DNA of 64,000 nt from Faecousia sp. (GCA_045649665.1 JAZRQK010000046.1:10730-74729); one strand, 5' to 3'. Positions 1-8,942 are shown, numbered from the stretch's first letter. The notes: a model not told the origin generated them from the sequence alone. Numbers and translations are program-made.

Positions 1-2
1 GG

Positions 3-452
3 GATGCCCGGAAGCATCACCCCCTGCCCTACAAGGAAAGCCTTTGGATCTGTATCCGGCAGGATGTGCAGTGGTGGGCGGAAAATCCTTGTCTGTACTT
101 CGAAATCTGCCCGGAGGGTGTCAGCTACGGCTTTGTCTTATGGCGCCCCCGCCCGGCGACTATGGAAAAAATCCGTCAACGGATCGCCGAAAAACCCGAC
201 GAATTTATAAAGCTTATCCGGCAGACCGAAAAAGCCACCGGCATACCCATATCCGCCGACGTGTACAAGCGGCCAAAGCCTGCGCCCACAGCGGAGCTGG
301 AACGGTTCTACCAGTGGCGGGGCAGCATCGGCTGCGTTGTCACAGAGCCGGTCAGCCCCGATATATTCGGAGCGGAACTGGGCGAGCGTGCCGGTAAATT
401 CATCGAAAAGCTGATTCCCCTATACGAATACTTCAATCAATTCTGCGTATAA
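3..452 (+). CDS. DUF2461-family protein, 5'-truncated by window edge
   Basis: Frame is open from position 3 (DARKHHPLPYKESLW...LYFEICPEG...YKRP), resembling the DUF2461 'RD.R....PYK' region; followed by a terminator. Confidence 0.6.
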   Translation, partial: DARKHHPLPYKESLWICIRQDVQWWAENPCLYFEICPEGVSYGFVLWRPRPATMEKIRQRIAEKPDEFIKLIRQTEKATGIPISADVYKRPKPAPTAELERFYQWRGSIGCVVTEPVSPDIFGAELGERAGKFIEKLIPLYEYFNQFCV

Positions 453-480
453 AAAGCGCCGTCAGCAGACGGCGCTTTTC
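451..480. terminator. Bidirectional intrinsic terminator
   Basis: aaaaagcgccgtc-agca-gacggcgctttt. Confidence 0.85.
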
Positions 481-620
481 TTTATGTAGGCAGACAAATC
501 ATCCACTGATCTCGTCAAATCTTTGTATGCTTTATCTGCCTTTATTTCGTATCATTCCGGCGATACACTTGACAGAAAACACGCGTCTTTTCTGTCCGGC
601 AATAGCTTGCCACAGTTTCA
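451..620 (-). ncRNA. Candidate structured small RNA (four hairpins plus terminator)
   Basis: Stems at 598-611, 571-596, 549-566 and 488-541; imperfect positions are G-U wobbles on the minus strand but C-A mismatches on the plus strand. Confidence 0.45.
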
Positions 621-764
621 GCTATCTATGCGCAGATAATATCTGTAAAATTATGCATTTTTTTGTAAAAAAATTAAAGACAATTCTAAAAAACAGTGAT
701 ATAATACGATTGGTCTTATAAATTTTTCGATAATTCAAACTCCACTCCGAAAGGTTGGAATGAT

Positions 765-2522
765 ATGTCTATTGTCAATATTATCAATCTGTTAGGCGGC
801 CTGGGTTTCTTTCTGTTCGGCATGTCCCTTTTGGGCGAAGGCCTGAAGCGTGTAGCCGGCAGTAAGCTGGAATCATTTCTCAGCCGGCTGACCTCTACCA
901 CCTTCAAGGGTGTGCTTCTTGGCACGCTGGTAACTGCCGTGATTCAGTCGTCCTCGGCGACTACGGTTATGGTGGTTGGCTTCGTAAACTCCGGCATTAT
1001 GAAGCTGGCAAATGCCATCGGCATTATCATGGGTGCCAACATCGGTACCACCGCCACCGGCTGGATCCTGGTGCTGGCAGGTGTGGAAGGCAGCGGTCCT
1101 TTCTCCTCTGCCACCATGTTCGCTTTGGTTGCATTTATCGGTATTATTCTGTATTTCTTCTGCAAAAAAGCAAACCAGAAAAATATCGGCATGATCATGC
1201 TGGCTTTCTCTGTTCTCATGAGCGGCATGCAGTCCATGAGTGCCGCCATGGCGCCCCTGAAAACCAGCCCTTTCTTTTTGGACTTCATCTCCGCCGTTTC
1301 CAATCCCCTGGTTTCCATACTGGTGGGCGTGGTGGTCACTGCCATCATTCAGAGCTGCTCTGCCTCTATCGGTATTCTGCAGGCGCTGTCCGTCACCGGT
1401 GTTATCAGCTATGACGTTGCCATCCCCATGGTCATCGGCATGTGTATCGGCGCTTGTGTGCCGGTTCTGATCTCCGCCATCGGCGCAAATGTAAACGGCA
1501 AGCGTGCTGCCTTTGTGTATCTGTATTTTAACCTGATGGGCGCTGCGATCCTGATGGCCGGTTTTTATGTGGTCAACGCTTTCATGCACTTTGCGATCAT
1601 GGATCAAACCGCTACCAGCATCGGCATTGCCATCGTCAATACCATCTTTAAGATATCTGCAACGGTTATTCTGGCGCCTATGGCAGGCTTGGTGGAAAAG
1701 CTGGCTGTGGTTACCATCAAGGAGAAAAAGGGCGCAGAGGATGACGAGTACGAGGAAAACCTGCTGGATGAACGTTTCCTCGACTATCCCCCGCTGGCTT
1801 TGGAGCAGAGTGGCCGTGCCATCGATCAGATGGTGCACGCAGCTTTCAAGAATCTGAAAAAGTCCACCGATCTGCTGCATGAATTCAATCAGGAAAAGTA
1901 TGATAAGATCATGTCCCGGGAGGACTTTGTAGACCGTTACGAGGACGCTTTGGGCGCATATCTTGTCCATATCAATGCCAAGGAGCTTTCCGACAAAGAA
2001 TCCCAAACCACTGCCCGTTATCTGGCATGCCTGACCAATGTGGAGCGTATCTCCGACCACGCTGTGAACCTGGCAGATCTGGGCAAGGAACTGGCAGAAA
2101 AGAAGATTCGTTTCTCCACGCAGGCAGAGGCAGAACTGATAAACTGTGTCAATGCTGTGCTGGAAATTTTGGACATCACCCAAAAAGCTTTGCAAGAAAA
2201 CAACCCGGAGCTGGCAAAGACCGTAGAGCCTCTGGAGGAGATCATCGACATCCTCACCAAACAGAGCAAGGCCAAGCATATCCAGCGTATCCAGGAGGGC
2301 AACTGCACCCTGGAATTGGGTTTTGTGTTTAATGATTATCTGCAGAACATCGAGCGTGTGGCTGACCACTGCTCCAATATCGCTGTGTCGGTGCTGGAAT
2401 CTGCAAACGCTGATATCCATGCCCACGGTTATCTGCGTTCTATCAAGGAAACCACAGATCCCCAGTATCAAGAACTGCTCACCGGCTTTGCGGAAAAATA
2501 TTACATTCAGCTGACAAAATAA
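765..2522 (+). CDS. Na+/phosphate cotransporter family protein with C-terminal PhoU-like domains
   Basis: Two QSSS/QSCS re-entrant motifs, GANIGTT, two ERIxDH/ERVADH PhoU helices. Confidence 0.93.
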   Translation: MSIVNIINLLGGLGFFLFGMSLLGEGLKRVAGSKLESFLSRLTSTTFKGVLLGTLVTAVIQSSSATTVMVVGFVNSGIMKLANAIGIIMGANIGTTATGWILVLAGVEGSGPFSSATMFALVAFIGIILYFFCKKANQKNIGMIMLAFSVLMSGMQSMSAAMAPLKTSPFFLDFISAVSNPLVSILVGVVVTAIIQSCSASIGILQALSVTGVISYDVAIPMVIGMCIGACVPVLISAIGANVNGKRAAFVYLYFNLMGAAILMAGFYVVNAFMHFAIMDQTATSIGIAIVNTIFKISATVILAPMAGLVEKLAVVTIKEKKGAEDDEYEENLLDERFLDYPPLALEQSGRAIDQMVHAAFKNLKKSTDLLHEFNQEKYDKIMSREDFVDRYEDALGAYLVHINAKELSDKESQTTARYLACLTNVERISDHAVNLADLGKELAEKKIRFSTQAEAELINCVNAVLEILDITQKALQENNPELAKTVEPLEEIIDILTKQSKAKHIQRIQEGNCTLELGFVFNDYLQNIERVADHCSNIAVSVLESANADIHAHGYLRSIKETTDPQYQELLTGFAEKYYIQLTK

Positions 2523-2530
2523 TACATAGG

Positions 2531-2560
2531 AAGCACCGGCCCTGTGGGCCGGTGCTTTTT
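2531..2560 (+). terminator. Intrinsic terminator
   Basis: aagcaccggccc-tgt-gggccggtgcttttt. Confidence 0.85.
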
Positions 2561-2618
2561 GCATATATTGGCTTTACAACCACCTGCACAAAAAACATAA
2601 TAAGACCGAGGTGATTTT

Positions 2619-2738
2619 ATGGAGTGGAAAAACATTGAAGCCTATATTGAAAACAATCAAGCCGGAACAACGCACACAGCCGCTCCGGTAAATGGAATTT
2701 ATGTTTTTCCATTTTTTGCGCAGTTTTCCGCAAAGTAA
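2619..2738 (+). CDS. Small hypothetical protein, 39 aa (MEWKNIEAYIENNQAGTTHTAAPVNGIYVFPFFAQFSAK)
   Basis: Strong RBS gaggtg 5 nt before the ATG; cataata box upstream; below the ORF-track length cutoff. Confidence 0.45.
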   Translation: MEWKNIEAYIENNQAGTTHTAAPVNGIYVFPFFAQFSAK

Positions 2739-2740
2739 CA

Positions 2741-2770
2741 CTTATATTTCTTTTTTCATTGGCAAAGCTA
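2741..2770 (+). promoter_or_regulatory. Putative forespore (sigF/sigG-like) promoter for the SASP gene
   Basis: ttata-N14-ggcaaagcta resembles forespore -35/-10 elements. Confidence 0.4.
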
Positions 2771-2873
2771 TGGTTGCGGCGGAAAAAACCGCAAAAAGTC
2801 CTCAAACATAGATGCCGGGAAGCTTCTGCTGCCCCGTATCTGCGTTGAGGGCAGCAGAAAAGGAGAAGAAGTT

Positions 2874-3065
2874 ATGAAGAACAATCAGATCAATGTTCCC
2901 CAGGCAAAGGCCGCTATGGAGCAGTTCAAGATGCAGGCTGCTCAGGAAGTCGGTGTTAACCTGACCAACGGTTACAACGGTCACCTGACCTCTCGTGAGG
3001 CTGGTTCCGTGGGCGGCCAGATGGTCAAAAAGATGATCGAAGCTTACGAGCAGGGCATGCAGTAA
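2874..3065 (+). CDS. ssp: Alpha/beta-type small acid-soluble spore protein
   Basis: VPQAKAAMEQFKMQAAQEVGV...LTSREAGSVGGQMVKKMI signature; RBS aaggag. Confidence 0.96.
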   Translation: MKNNQINVPQAKAAMEQFKMQAAQEVGVNLTNGYNGHLTSREAGSVGGQMVKKMIEAYEQGMQ

Positions 3066-3104
3066 TGCCCCGGGAAGTGCATTGCGCACTTCCTGTACAT
3101 AGAC

Positions 3105-3150
3105 TTGAAAAACCATGCCGGGTATGCTATGATAGGTCTATCCATCATAG
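3105..3150 (+). promoter_or_regulatory. sigA promoter with overlapping inverted repeat (possible auto-operator)
   Basis: TTGAAA-N17-TATGAT; ctatgat-N10-atcatag palindrome at 3127-3150. Confidence 0.55.
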
Positions 3151-3161
3151 GAGGCTATTTT

Positions 3162-3530
3162 ATGCATATCTATGAATCCGGCGAAATGTATTTGGAAACC
3201 ATTCATGTGCTGCTAAAAACCAACGGCACCGTCCGCAGCGTGGATATCAGTGAGCACATGGGTTACTCCAAACCCAGCGTCAGCCGTGCAGTGGGTCTAT
3301 TAAAAAACGGCGGCTATATCGTAGTGGATGCCGACGGCTATATCACACTGACCGATGCCGGTGTGCAGGTTGCGGAAAAAATTTACGAGCGGCACACTGT
3401 TTTAAGCCGTATGCTCATGGCATTGGGTGTCAGCGAGGCAGTGGCATCGGAGGATGCCTGCAAGCTGGAACATGCCATCAGTGATGAATCCTTTGAGGCT
3501 ATTAAGCGGCATTTGGAAAAATTGAAATAA
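3162..3530 (+). CDS. DtxR/MntR-family metal-dependent transcriptional regulator
   Basis: EMYLETI, VRSVDIS...SKPSVSRAV HTH, YERH, EDACKLEHAIS; start placed after RBS ggagg. Confidence 0.92.
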   Translation: MHIYESGEMYLETIHVLLKTNGTVRSVDISEHMGYSKPSVSRAVGLLKNGGYIVVDADGYITLTDAGVQVAEKIYERHTVLSRMLMALGVSEAVASEDACKLEHAISDESFEAIKRHLEKLK

Positions 3531-3532
3531 GC

Positions 3533-3562
3533 AATCCCCCGGGTGCGGACACCCGGGGGATT
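3533..3562. terminator. Terminator hairpin (arms shared with 4578-4614)
   Basis: aatcccccgggtg-cgga-cacccgggggatt. Confidence 0.8.
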
Positions 3563-3623
3563 TTACATAACCGTAGATAGAAAACAATATTGCGCAGGGA
3601 CACACCTAGGTGTCTCTGTTCAT

Positions 3624-4088
3624 TTATCGCAAATCATTTATAATCCATTGACCTCTGCGTTTTATGACACTGCCAACCAAAGTAAATCCAGCTTTTTCCG
3701 CGCCTCTAATAGATGCTGTATTTTCTTTATCTATCAGCAAGAAGTAATCCTTATACCAATCCGTGGATCGAATATACCGTAGTACAGCAGGATAAATACC
3801 ACGACCTCTGAAATTCGGATATGTAACACAAGGTCCAATTTCCACAGATGTTTTTTTAAGAAACGGGAACTTATAACATACGCCCATCATACGGCTTATA
3901 TGCATAATCGTACCGTCACTATCAAGAACAATAACCTTTCTAAACCTCCCACCTGTTATGAAATAACGTGCATAATCCCACCGTGTTAAGTACTTTCGAT
4001 CCTCCATGCACATAGTAATTATCTTTATCGTACCTTCTTTTAGTGGCTCCCAACCATCACTACGTGTAGCATGATATAAATATACCAC
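3624..4088 (-). CDS. GNAT-family N-acetyltransferase (AT-rich)
   Basis: CVTYPNFRGRGIY and ENTASIRGAEKAGF acetyl-CoA-binding motifs. Confidence 0.8.
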   Translation of the reverse strand: MVYLYHATRSDGWEPLKEGTIKIITMCMEDRKYLTRWDYARYFITGGRFRKVIVLDSDGTIMHISRMMGVCYKFPFLKKTSVEIGPCVTYPNFRGRGIYPAVLRYIRSTDWYKDYFLLIDKENTASIRGAEKAGFTLVGSVIKRRGQWIINDLR

Positions 4089-4229
4089 ATTGCTTCCCCC
4101 CTAATACCAAATTAATTTCAGCGCATAAAACCTTTATGTGCCGTCCATTATTAGAATACTTTAGTATTTTATTAATGTCAATAGTTAAGCGATAATAGTA
4201 TTGCTAAAATTGACAAGAGGGGTTGCACT

Positions 4230-4508
4230 ATGTTAGGTAAACGAATCAACGAACTGCGAATAGCATTTGGCTGGAACCAAGTACAGTTGGCGCAAAAATT
4301 GAACATTTCCAAGCAAACAGTTTCTAACTGGGAAAACGAAAACATTCAACCGTCTATCGAAATGCTTATCCGTTTGGCAAAGCTTTTTCGCGTATCTACG
4401 GATTATCTCCTTGGTCTGGACAATTCACAGACAATTAATGTTGATGGAGTGCCTGTTAGCTTTGTTGCACATATCGCACAAATTGTTGAGGAATACAAGC
4501 AGAAATAA
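4230..4508 (+). CDS. XRE-family HTH transcriptional regulator
   Basis: QVQLAQKLNISKQTVSNWEN...PSIEML...VSTDYLLG. Confidence 0.92.
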   Translation: MLGKRINELRIAFGWNQVQLAQKLNISKQTVSNWENENIQPSIEMLIRLAKLFRVSTDYLLGLDNSQTINVDGVPVSFVAHIAQIVEEYKQK

Positions 4509-4538
4509 AAAACAGCGGAGTAAACTCCGCTGTTTTTT
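4507..4538 (+). terminator. Intrinsic terminator
   Basis: aaaaacagcggag-taaa-ctccgctgtttttt. Confidence 0.85.
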
Positions 4539-4577
4539 GTGTTTCCGTTATCGTCCAAAGACCTGCATGCATATAAC

Positions 4578-4614
4578 ATCCCCCGGGTGAGAATGAACAG
4601 AACACCCGGGGGAT
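4578..4614. repeat. Second copy of the atcccccgggtg/cacccgggggat hairpin; probable rpe terminator
   Basis: 12-bp arms identical to 3533-3562 with a different loop. Confidence 0.75.
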
Positions 4615-4618
4615 TGAT

Positions 4619-5269
4619 TTATTTTTCGATCTGCGCTACAAACGCTGCACGGTCGGCTGCGCCGTAGAATGCAGAGCCAGCCACCAGCACATCTGCGCCG
4701 TTTGCCTTGCAGATTTCCGCTGTGGTCAAGTCTACACCGCCGTCCACCTCCAGGTGGCAAGCAGGATTCACCTCGTCCAGCATCTGCCGAATCTGCTTCA
4801 ATTTGGGCATCATATGCTCCATAAACTTCTGACCGCCGAAACCCGGCTCCACCGTCATCACCAGCACCAGCTCCACCTTATCCAGATAGGGTGCGATTGC
4901 CTCTGCAGGGGTGTTGGGTTTGATCACGATACCCGGCTTGACACCGTGGCTGCGAATCAGCTCCAGCGTCTTATGGATATTCTCCGGGGTATCTGCCTCC
5001 ACATGGATGGTCAGATAATCTGCGCCGGCCTTGCAGAATTCCTCTGCGTACTTAATAGGCGTATCGATCATCAGGTGCACGTCCAGCACCAGATCGGTGA
5101 TCTTGCGCATAGACTTGACCCAGGCATAGCCAAAAGACATATTGGGCACAAAATGACCGTCCATAATATCCACGTGCAGCCACTTGGCGCCGTCGGCCTT
5201 GGTCTGATCCATATCCGCATGGAAGTGCATATAATCTGCAGACAAAATTGAGGGGGAAAGAATCGCCAT
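4619..5269 (-). CDS. rpe: Ribulose-phosphate 3-epimerase family protein
   Basis: SPSILSAD, HVDIMDGHFVPN, DVHLM, MTVEPGFGGQKF, EVDGG; start trimmed to MAILSPS. Confidence 0.93.
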   Translation of the reverse strand: MAILSPSILSADYMHFHADMDQTKADGAKWLHVDIMDGHFVPNMSFGYAWVKSMRKITDLVLDVHLMIDTPIKYAEEFCKAGADYLTIHVEADTPENIHKTLELIRSHGVKPGIVIKPNTPAEAIAPYLDKVELVLVMTVEPGFGGQKFMEHMMPKLKQIRQMLDEVNPACHLEVDGGVDLTTAEICKANGADVLVAGSAFYGAADRAAFVAQIEK

Positions 5270-5294
5270 TTTAATATCCTCACCATTCTCTAGT

Positions 5295-6749
5295 TTACAT
5301 AATATTGTTGATTGCCAAAGCAACCTGATACAGTGTGCAGAATCTGCGGTACTTGCGCTCCAGCCGTTCTGAGGGGTTGGGCTCGTACTGCATCTGCATT
5401 TCCACACAGTAGTCCACTGCCTGCTGTAAGCTATGGAATCTGCCGTCGGAAACTGCGCAGATCATGGCTGCGCCCAGACATGCCGCCTCTTTTTCCTTGG
5501 GGATTCGCACCGGCAGACCGGTAATGTCCGCCTGCATCTGACACCAGATAGGACTTTTTGCACCGCCGCCGGTGGCGACGATAGCCGTAGGCTGCACGCC
5601 CTTTTGGGCGATATGCTCGCAGTTTTTCCGCAGCACAAAGCTGACGCCCTCCATCACTGCGCCAGCCATATCGATGGCATCATGCTCCTGCCGCAGACCC
5701 CAGAATGTACCGGTTGCCTCTGCATCAAACTCCGGCGCATTGGTACCTACCAGATACGGCAGGAAAAGCAGCTCGTTGGGCTTGCGCTGGGCAAGCTGGG
5801 CATTCATTTCATCATAGTCCGCCTGCATGCAGTTGCGCTTAAACCACTCCAGGCTGACACCGCCGCTTTCTGCAACCGGCAGCATCACATAAGTATCCGG
5901 CAAGAAACCGTAGTGCATAGCGTTGCCGCAGCTTTTTGGGGTCGGCTGACCGCACATAGTGGCCATTGCCATTACCGTACCGGTGGATAGGGTAATGCCG
6001 CCGGGGGTAATGTTGCCCGTACCGATCATACCGGCAAAGTGATCCAGCGTACCCACATTGACCTTGGTATTCTCAGACACCTTCAGCTGTTGGGCAACCT
6101 CCGGCAGCAAACTGCCGGCTACTGTGCAAGGCTCGCACAACTTGGGCAGCTGCTTTTCGGTGATGCCGATGGTTTCCAGCATCTCCTGCCAGTAACACTT
6201 GTTGTAAATATCAAAGTAGAAGCTGAATGTAGCGATGGACATATCGCTCAGTTTCTTGCCGGTGAGGCAATACACAATATAGTCCTTCAACAACATATAG
6301 CAGTCTGCATTTTCAAATACTTCCGGCTTATGCTTACGCAGCCATGCGATCTTGGTTGCCGGCCATGTGGGCAGTACTGCCATCTGTCCGGTGATGGCCT
6401 CGCAGTAGCGGGGGCCAAACACTTTGCTCAGTTCCTCACATTCCTCGGTAGAACGCTCGTCCATCCAGGAAATGGCGTTCATCAGCGGTCTGCCGTGGCG
6501 ACCCAATACTACCAAAGATTCCGCCTGACCGGTAAATGCGATCTGCTGGATATTCTGTACATGGTTTTCCTCCACCATATCCGCCAGCAGATCCAAAAGA
6601 TCCCGGTAATAGGCATAAGCATCAAACTCCACAAAGCCGTTTTCCCGGATGTAATTCACCGGGCGGCTCTGCCGGTCGATCAGGTTAAAATTCTTGTCAT
6701 AGATAGCAGCTTTGATATTGGTGCTGCCCAAGTCTATACCAACATACAT
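5295..6749 (-). CDS. FGGY-family carbohydrate kinase
   Basis: GIDLGSTNIKA, ISWMDERS, FLPYLVG, EGVSF, ATGGGAKSPIWCQMQAD, ACLGAA. Confidence 0.92.
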   Translation of the reverse strand: MYVGIDLGSTNIKAAIYDKNFNLIDRQSRPVNYIRENGFVEFDAYAYYRDLLDLLADMVEENHVQNIQQIAFTGQAESLVVLGRHGRPLMNAISWMDERSTEECEELSKVFGPRYCEAITGQMAVLPTWPATKIAWLRKHKPEVFENADCYMLLKDYIVYCLTGKKLSDMSIATFSFYFDIYNKCYWQEMLETIGITEKQLPKLCEPCTVAGSLLPEVAQQLKVSENTKVNVGTLDHFAGMIGTGNITPGGITLSTGTVMAMATMCGQPTPKSCGNAMHYGFLPDTYVMLPVAESGGVSLEWFKRNCMQADYDEMNAQLAQRKPNELLFLPYLVGTNAPEFDAEATGTFWGLRQEHDAIDMAGAVMEGVSFVLRKNCEHIAQKGVQPTAIVATGGGAKSPIWCQMQADITGLPVRIPKEKEAACLGAAMICAVSDGRFHSLQQAVDYCVEMQMQYEPNPSERLERKYRRFCTLYQVALAINNIM

Positions 6750-6772
6750 ACTTACCCTCCTGCGGCGGGAAT

Positions 6773-7378
6773 TTACAGCGCCTTGTTGTTCAGTCTTTCA
6801 CCCACGGCGCCGCCGGGATGGATCAGGGCAAACTGCTCTGCCTGATAGCCGGTCTGCTCGATCATAGCCGCCTGCAGCGCATGGAAAATCATACACAATG
6901 CGGTGGTGGAAGTGGTGCCTTGGGCATTCCACTTGTCAGTCTCCCGGTTGACATGCTGCTTCAGCACCACATCTGCCGCCTGGGCAAGGGGAGATTCCAG
7001 ATTCTCGGTGACGGTGATGATCTTAACGCCCTTTGCCTTGCAGATGTCCACGATGGGCAGCAGCTCCTTGGTCTTGCCGCCACGGGAGGCAAACAGCATC
7101 ACATCGCCCTCCTGAATAAAACCGGTTGCGCCGTGAACTGCCTCTGCCGGGCTGATAAACCGGGCAGGACGCTCGATGCAGCACATCAGGTGGGCAAAAT
7201 GCTGGCAGATAATACCGGAGTGACCGCTGCCGGCTGCGCCGATGCGAGGTGCGTTGCACAGCAGTTCCACTGCCTTGGCAAACTGCTCGTCATCGAAGTA
7301 GTCCTTCATTTCCGTAATGCACTGTGCCTCAATGTCATAAGCCGCTTTTGCAGCTGCGATTGCTTCCTTAGTTACCAT
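6773..7378 (-). CDS. SIS-domain sugar-phosphate isomerase (KpsF/GutQ-like, no CBS domain)
   Basis: GSGHSG, EAVHG, ASRGGKTKE, TTSTT, FALIHPGGAVG; RBS ggaggaagg. Confidence 0.88.
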   Translation of the reverse strand: MVTKEAIAAAKAAYDIEAQCITEMKDYFDDEQFAKAVELLCNAPRIGAAGSGHSGIICQHFAHLMCCIERPARFISPAEAVHGATGFIQEGDVMLFASRGGKTKELLPIVDICKAKGVKIITVTENLESPLAQAADVVLKQHVNRETDKWNAQGTTSTTALCMIFHALQAAMIEQTGYQAEQFALIHPGGAVGERLNNKAL

Positions 7379-7477
7379 AGTTCCTTCCTCCTTTTGCGTT
7401 ACCTTGATTGTACTATTTTTCCTGGCGCTTTGCAAGGCATAAATTGACATTTTCTTGCAAACATGGGGCAAATGGTG

Positions 7478-7506
7478 TTGACGGCGCAAAGTGCAGTTGA
7501 TATAAT
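7478..7506 (+). promoter_or_regulatory. sigA promoter
   Basis: TTGACG-N17-TATAAT. Confidence 0.7.
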
Positions 7507-7538
7507 ATATAAGAATTATTGCGGAAGGAGAATTTCCT

Positions 7539-8231
7539 ATGACCAACATTAAAGCACCGTTTTTTGAGATCGGTCCCAAGTCTTACCTCTACGGCGACGA
7601 GATTCTGGAGCTGGCAAAGGCTGCAGATGCAGCATCCAAGAAGTATGATGTGGACATCATCTTCACCTGCCCCGTGGTGGACATTCGCCGGGTAAAGGAG
7701 AACACCCAGCGTATCCACGTGTTTGCGCCCCACATGGACCCCATTCCCGTGGGCCGTGGTCTGGCTGACATTCTGCCCGAGAGTCTGGTGGCTGCCGGCG
7801 CAGAGGGCGTTATGCTGAACCATGTGGAAAAGCCCCTGACCTTCGAGGTGCTGGCTGAAACCATCAAGCGCGCCGAGGAAGTGGGTCTGACCACCATTGT
7901 CTGCGCAGACTCCGAGGCGGACGCTTCCAAGATCGCTACCCTGAACCCCGATATTATTGTGGCAGAGCCTTCTGCTCTCATCGGTACCGGCGTCAGCGTG
8001 GGTCCCGAGTATGTAGAAGCTGCCACCAAGTGCGTCAAGGACGTTAACCCCGACATTCTGGTGCTCACCGCAGCCGGCATTGCCGGTGGCGAGGATGTAT
8101 ACAACACCATTATCGCCGGCGCTGATGCTACCGGTTCTTCTTCCGGTGTTGCCAAGGCTGCTGACCGTGCCGCTATGGTGGACGAGATGATCGCCGCCTG
8201 CCGCAAGGCTTGGGACGCTCGCCACGCTTAA
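7539..8231 (+). CDS. Short archaeal-type triosephosphate-isomerase-family protein (non-canonical active site)
   Basis: GPK (for NxK), LNHVEK, VAEPSALIGTG, AAGI; 230 aa. Confidence 0.8.
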   Translation: MTNIKAPFFEIGPKSYLYGDEILELAKAADAASKKYDVDIIFTCPVVDIRRVKENTQRIHVFAPHMDPIPVGRGLADILPESLVAAGAEGVMLNHVEKPLTFEVLAETIKRAEEVGLTTIVCADSEADASKIATLNPDIIVAEPSALIGTGVSVGPEYVEAATKCVKDVNPDILVLTAAGIAGGEDVYNTIIAGADATGSSSGVAKAADRAAMVDEMIAACRKAWDARHA

Positions 8232-8271
8232 TTTATAATTTCATTTATTTACATATCAGGAGGAAACTAAA

Positions 8272-8892
8272 ATGGATTTTAAAGTTGTACAGAAAGAGAT
8301 CGAGCTGCAGTCCCGCGGTTGGATCCCCACCTTCCATGACATCTCCACCGATGTTATGAAGATCGTTGCCGAGTCCGGCATCAAGAACGGTACTGTTGCT
8401 ATCGTGTCTCACCACACCACCTGCTCCGTCATGGTGCAGGAGTGCTCCCACGATTTCGACACATTCGATCTGGAGTACCTGCAGCACGACCTGCTGGACA
8501 TCATGCGTGACTTGATCCCCGACTACACCGACGAGGGCGATTACCGCCACCCCGGCCCTGTCCACGCACAGTTCGGCCGCTATGTCAACGAGCCCGGTAA
8601 CTTCACCTCCATGAACACCGACGGTCACCTGCGCTCTGTCTTCTTCGGCAGAAGCGAGACCATGACCATCAAGGACGGCAAGCTGGATGGCGGCGAATTC
8701 GCTCACATCTACTTCATCGACTGGGACCACGTCCGTGCCCGTCGCCGTCAGTGCAACATCACCATCATGGGTACTACCGAGGATGTTGCTGACCGCAAGT
8801 ACAACGGCGGCGAAGTCGTCAACACTCTGCGTAAGTTCCCCGCTGAGGAAAAGGCTTACATGGAGCAGTACGACGAGTGGAAAAAGAGATAA
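8272..8892 (+). CDS. YjbQ/UPF0047-family protein
   Basis: SGIKNG...HTTCS...E, YRH, NTDGHLRS, IYFIDWD..R.R. Confidence 0.85.
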   Translation: MDFKVVQKEIELQSRGWIPTFHDISTDVMKIVAESGIKNGTVAIVSHHTTCSVMVQECSHDFDTFDLEYLQHDLLDIMRDLIPDYTDEGDYRHPGPVHAQFGRYVNEPGNFTSMNTDGHLRSVFFGRSETMTIKDGKLDGGEFAHIYFIDWDHVRARRRQCNITIMGTTEDVADRKYNGGEVVNTLRKFPAEEKAYMEQYDEWKKR

Positions 8893-8907
8893 TTCCTACA
8901 CTGTCAA

Positions 8908-8942
8908 ATCCGGACACCGCCAATGCGGTGTCCGGATACTTT
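8908..8942 (+). terminator. Intrinsic terminator
   Basis: atccggacaccgc-caat-gcggtgtccggat. Confidence 0.8.

Noticed and set aside
873-2564. Long antisense ORFs (also 30295-31698, 41977-43500, 50702-52195, 53015-54262 and others)
   Set aside because: Shadows of well-supported genes caused by codon bias; no RBS or recognisable motifs
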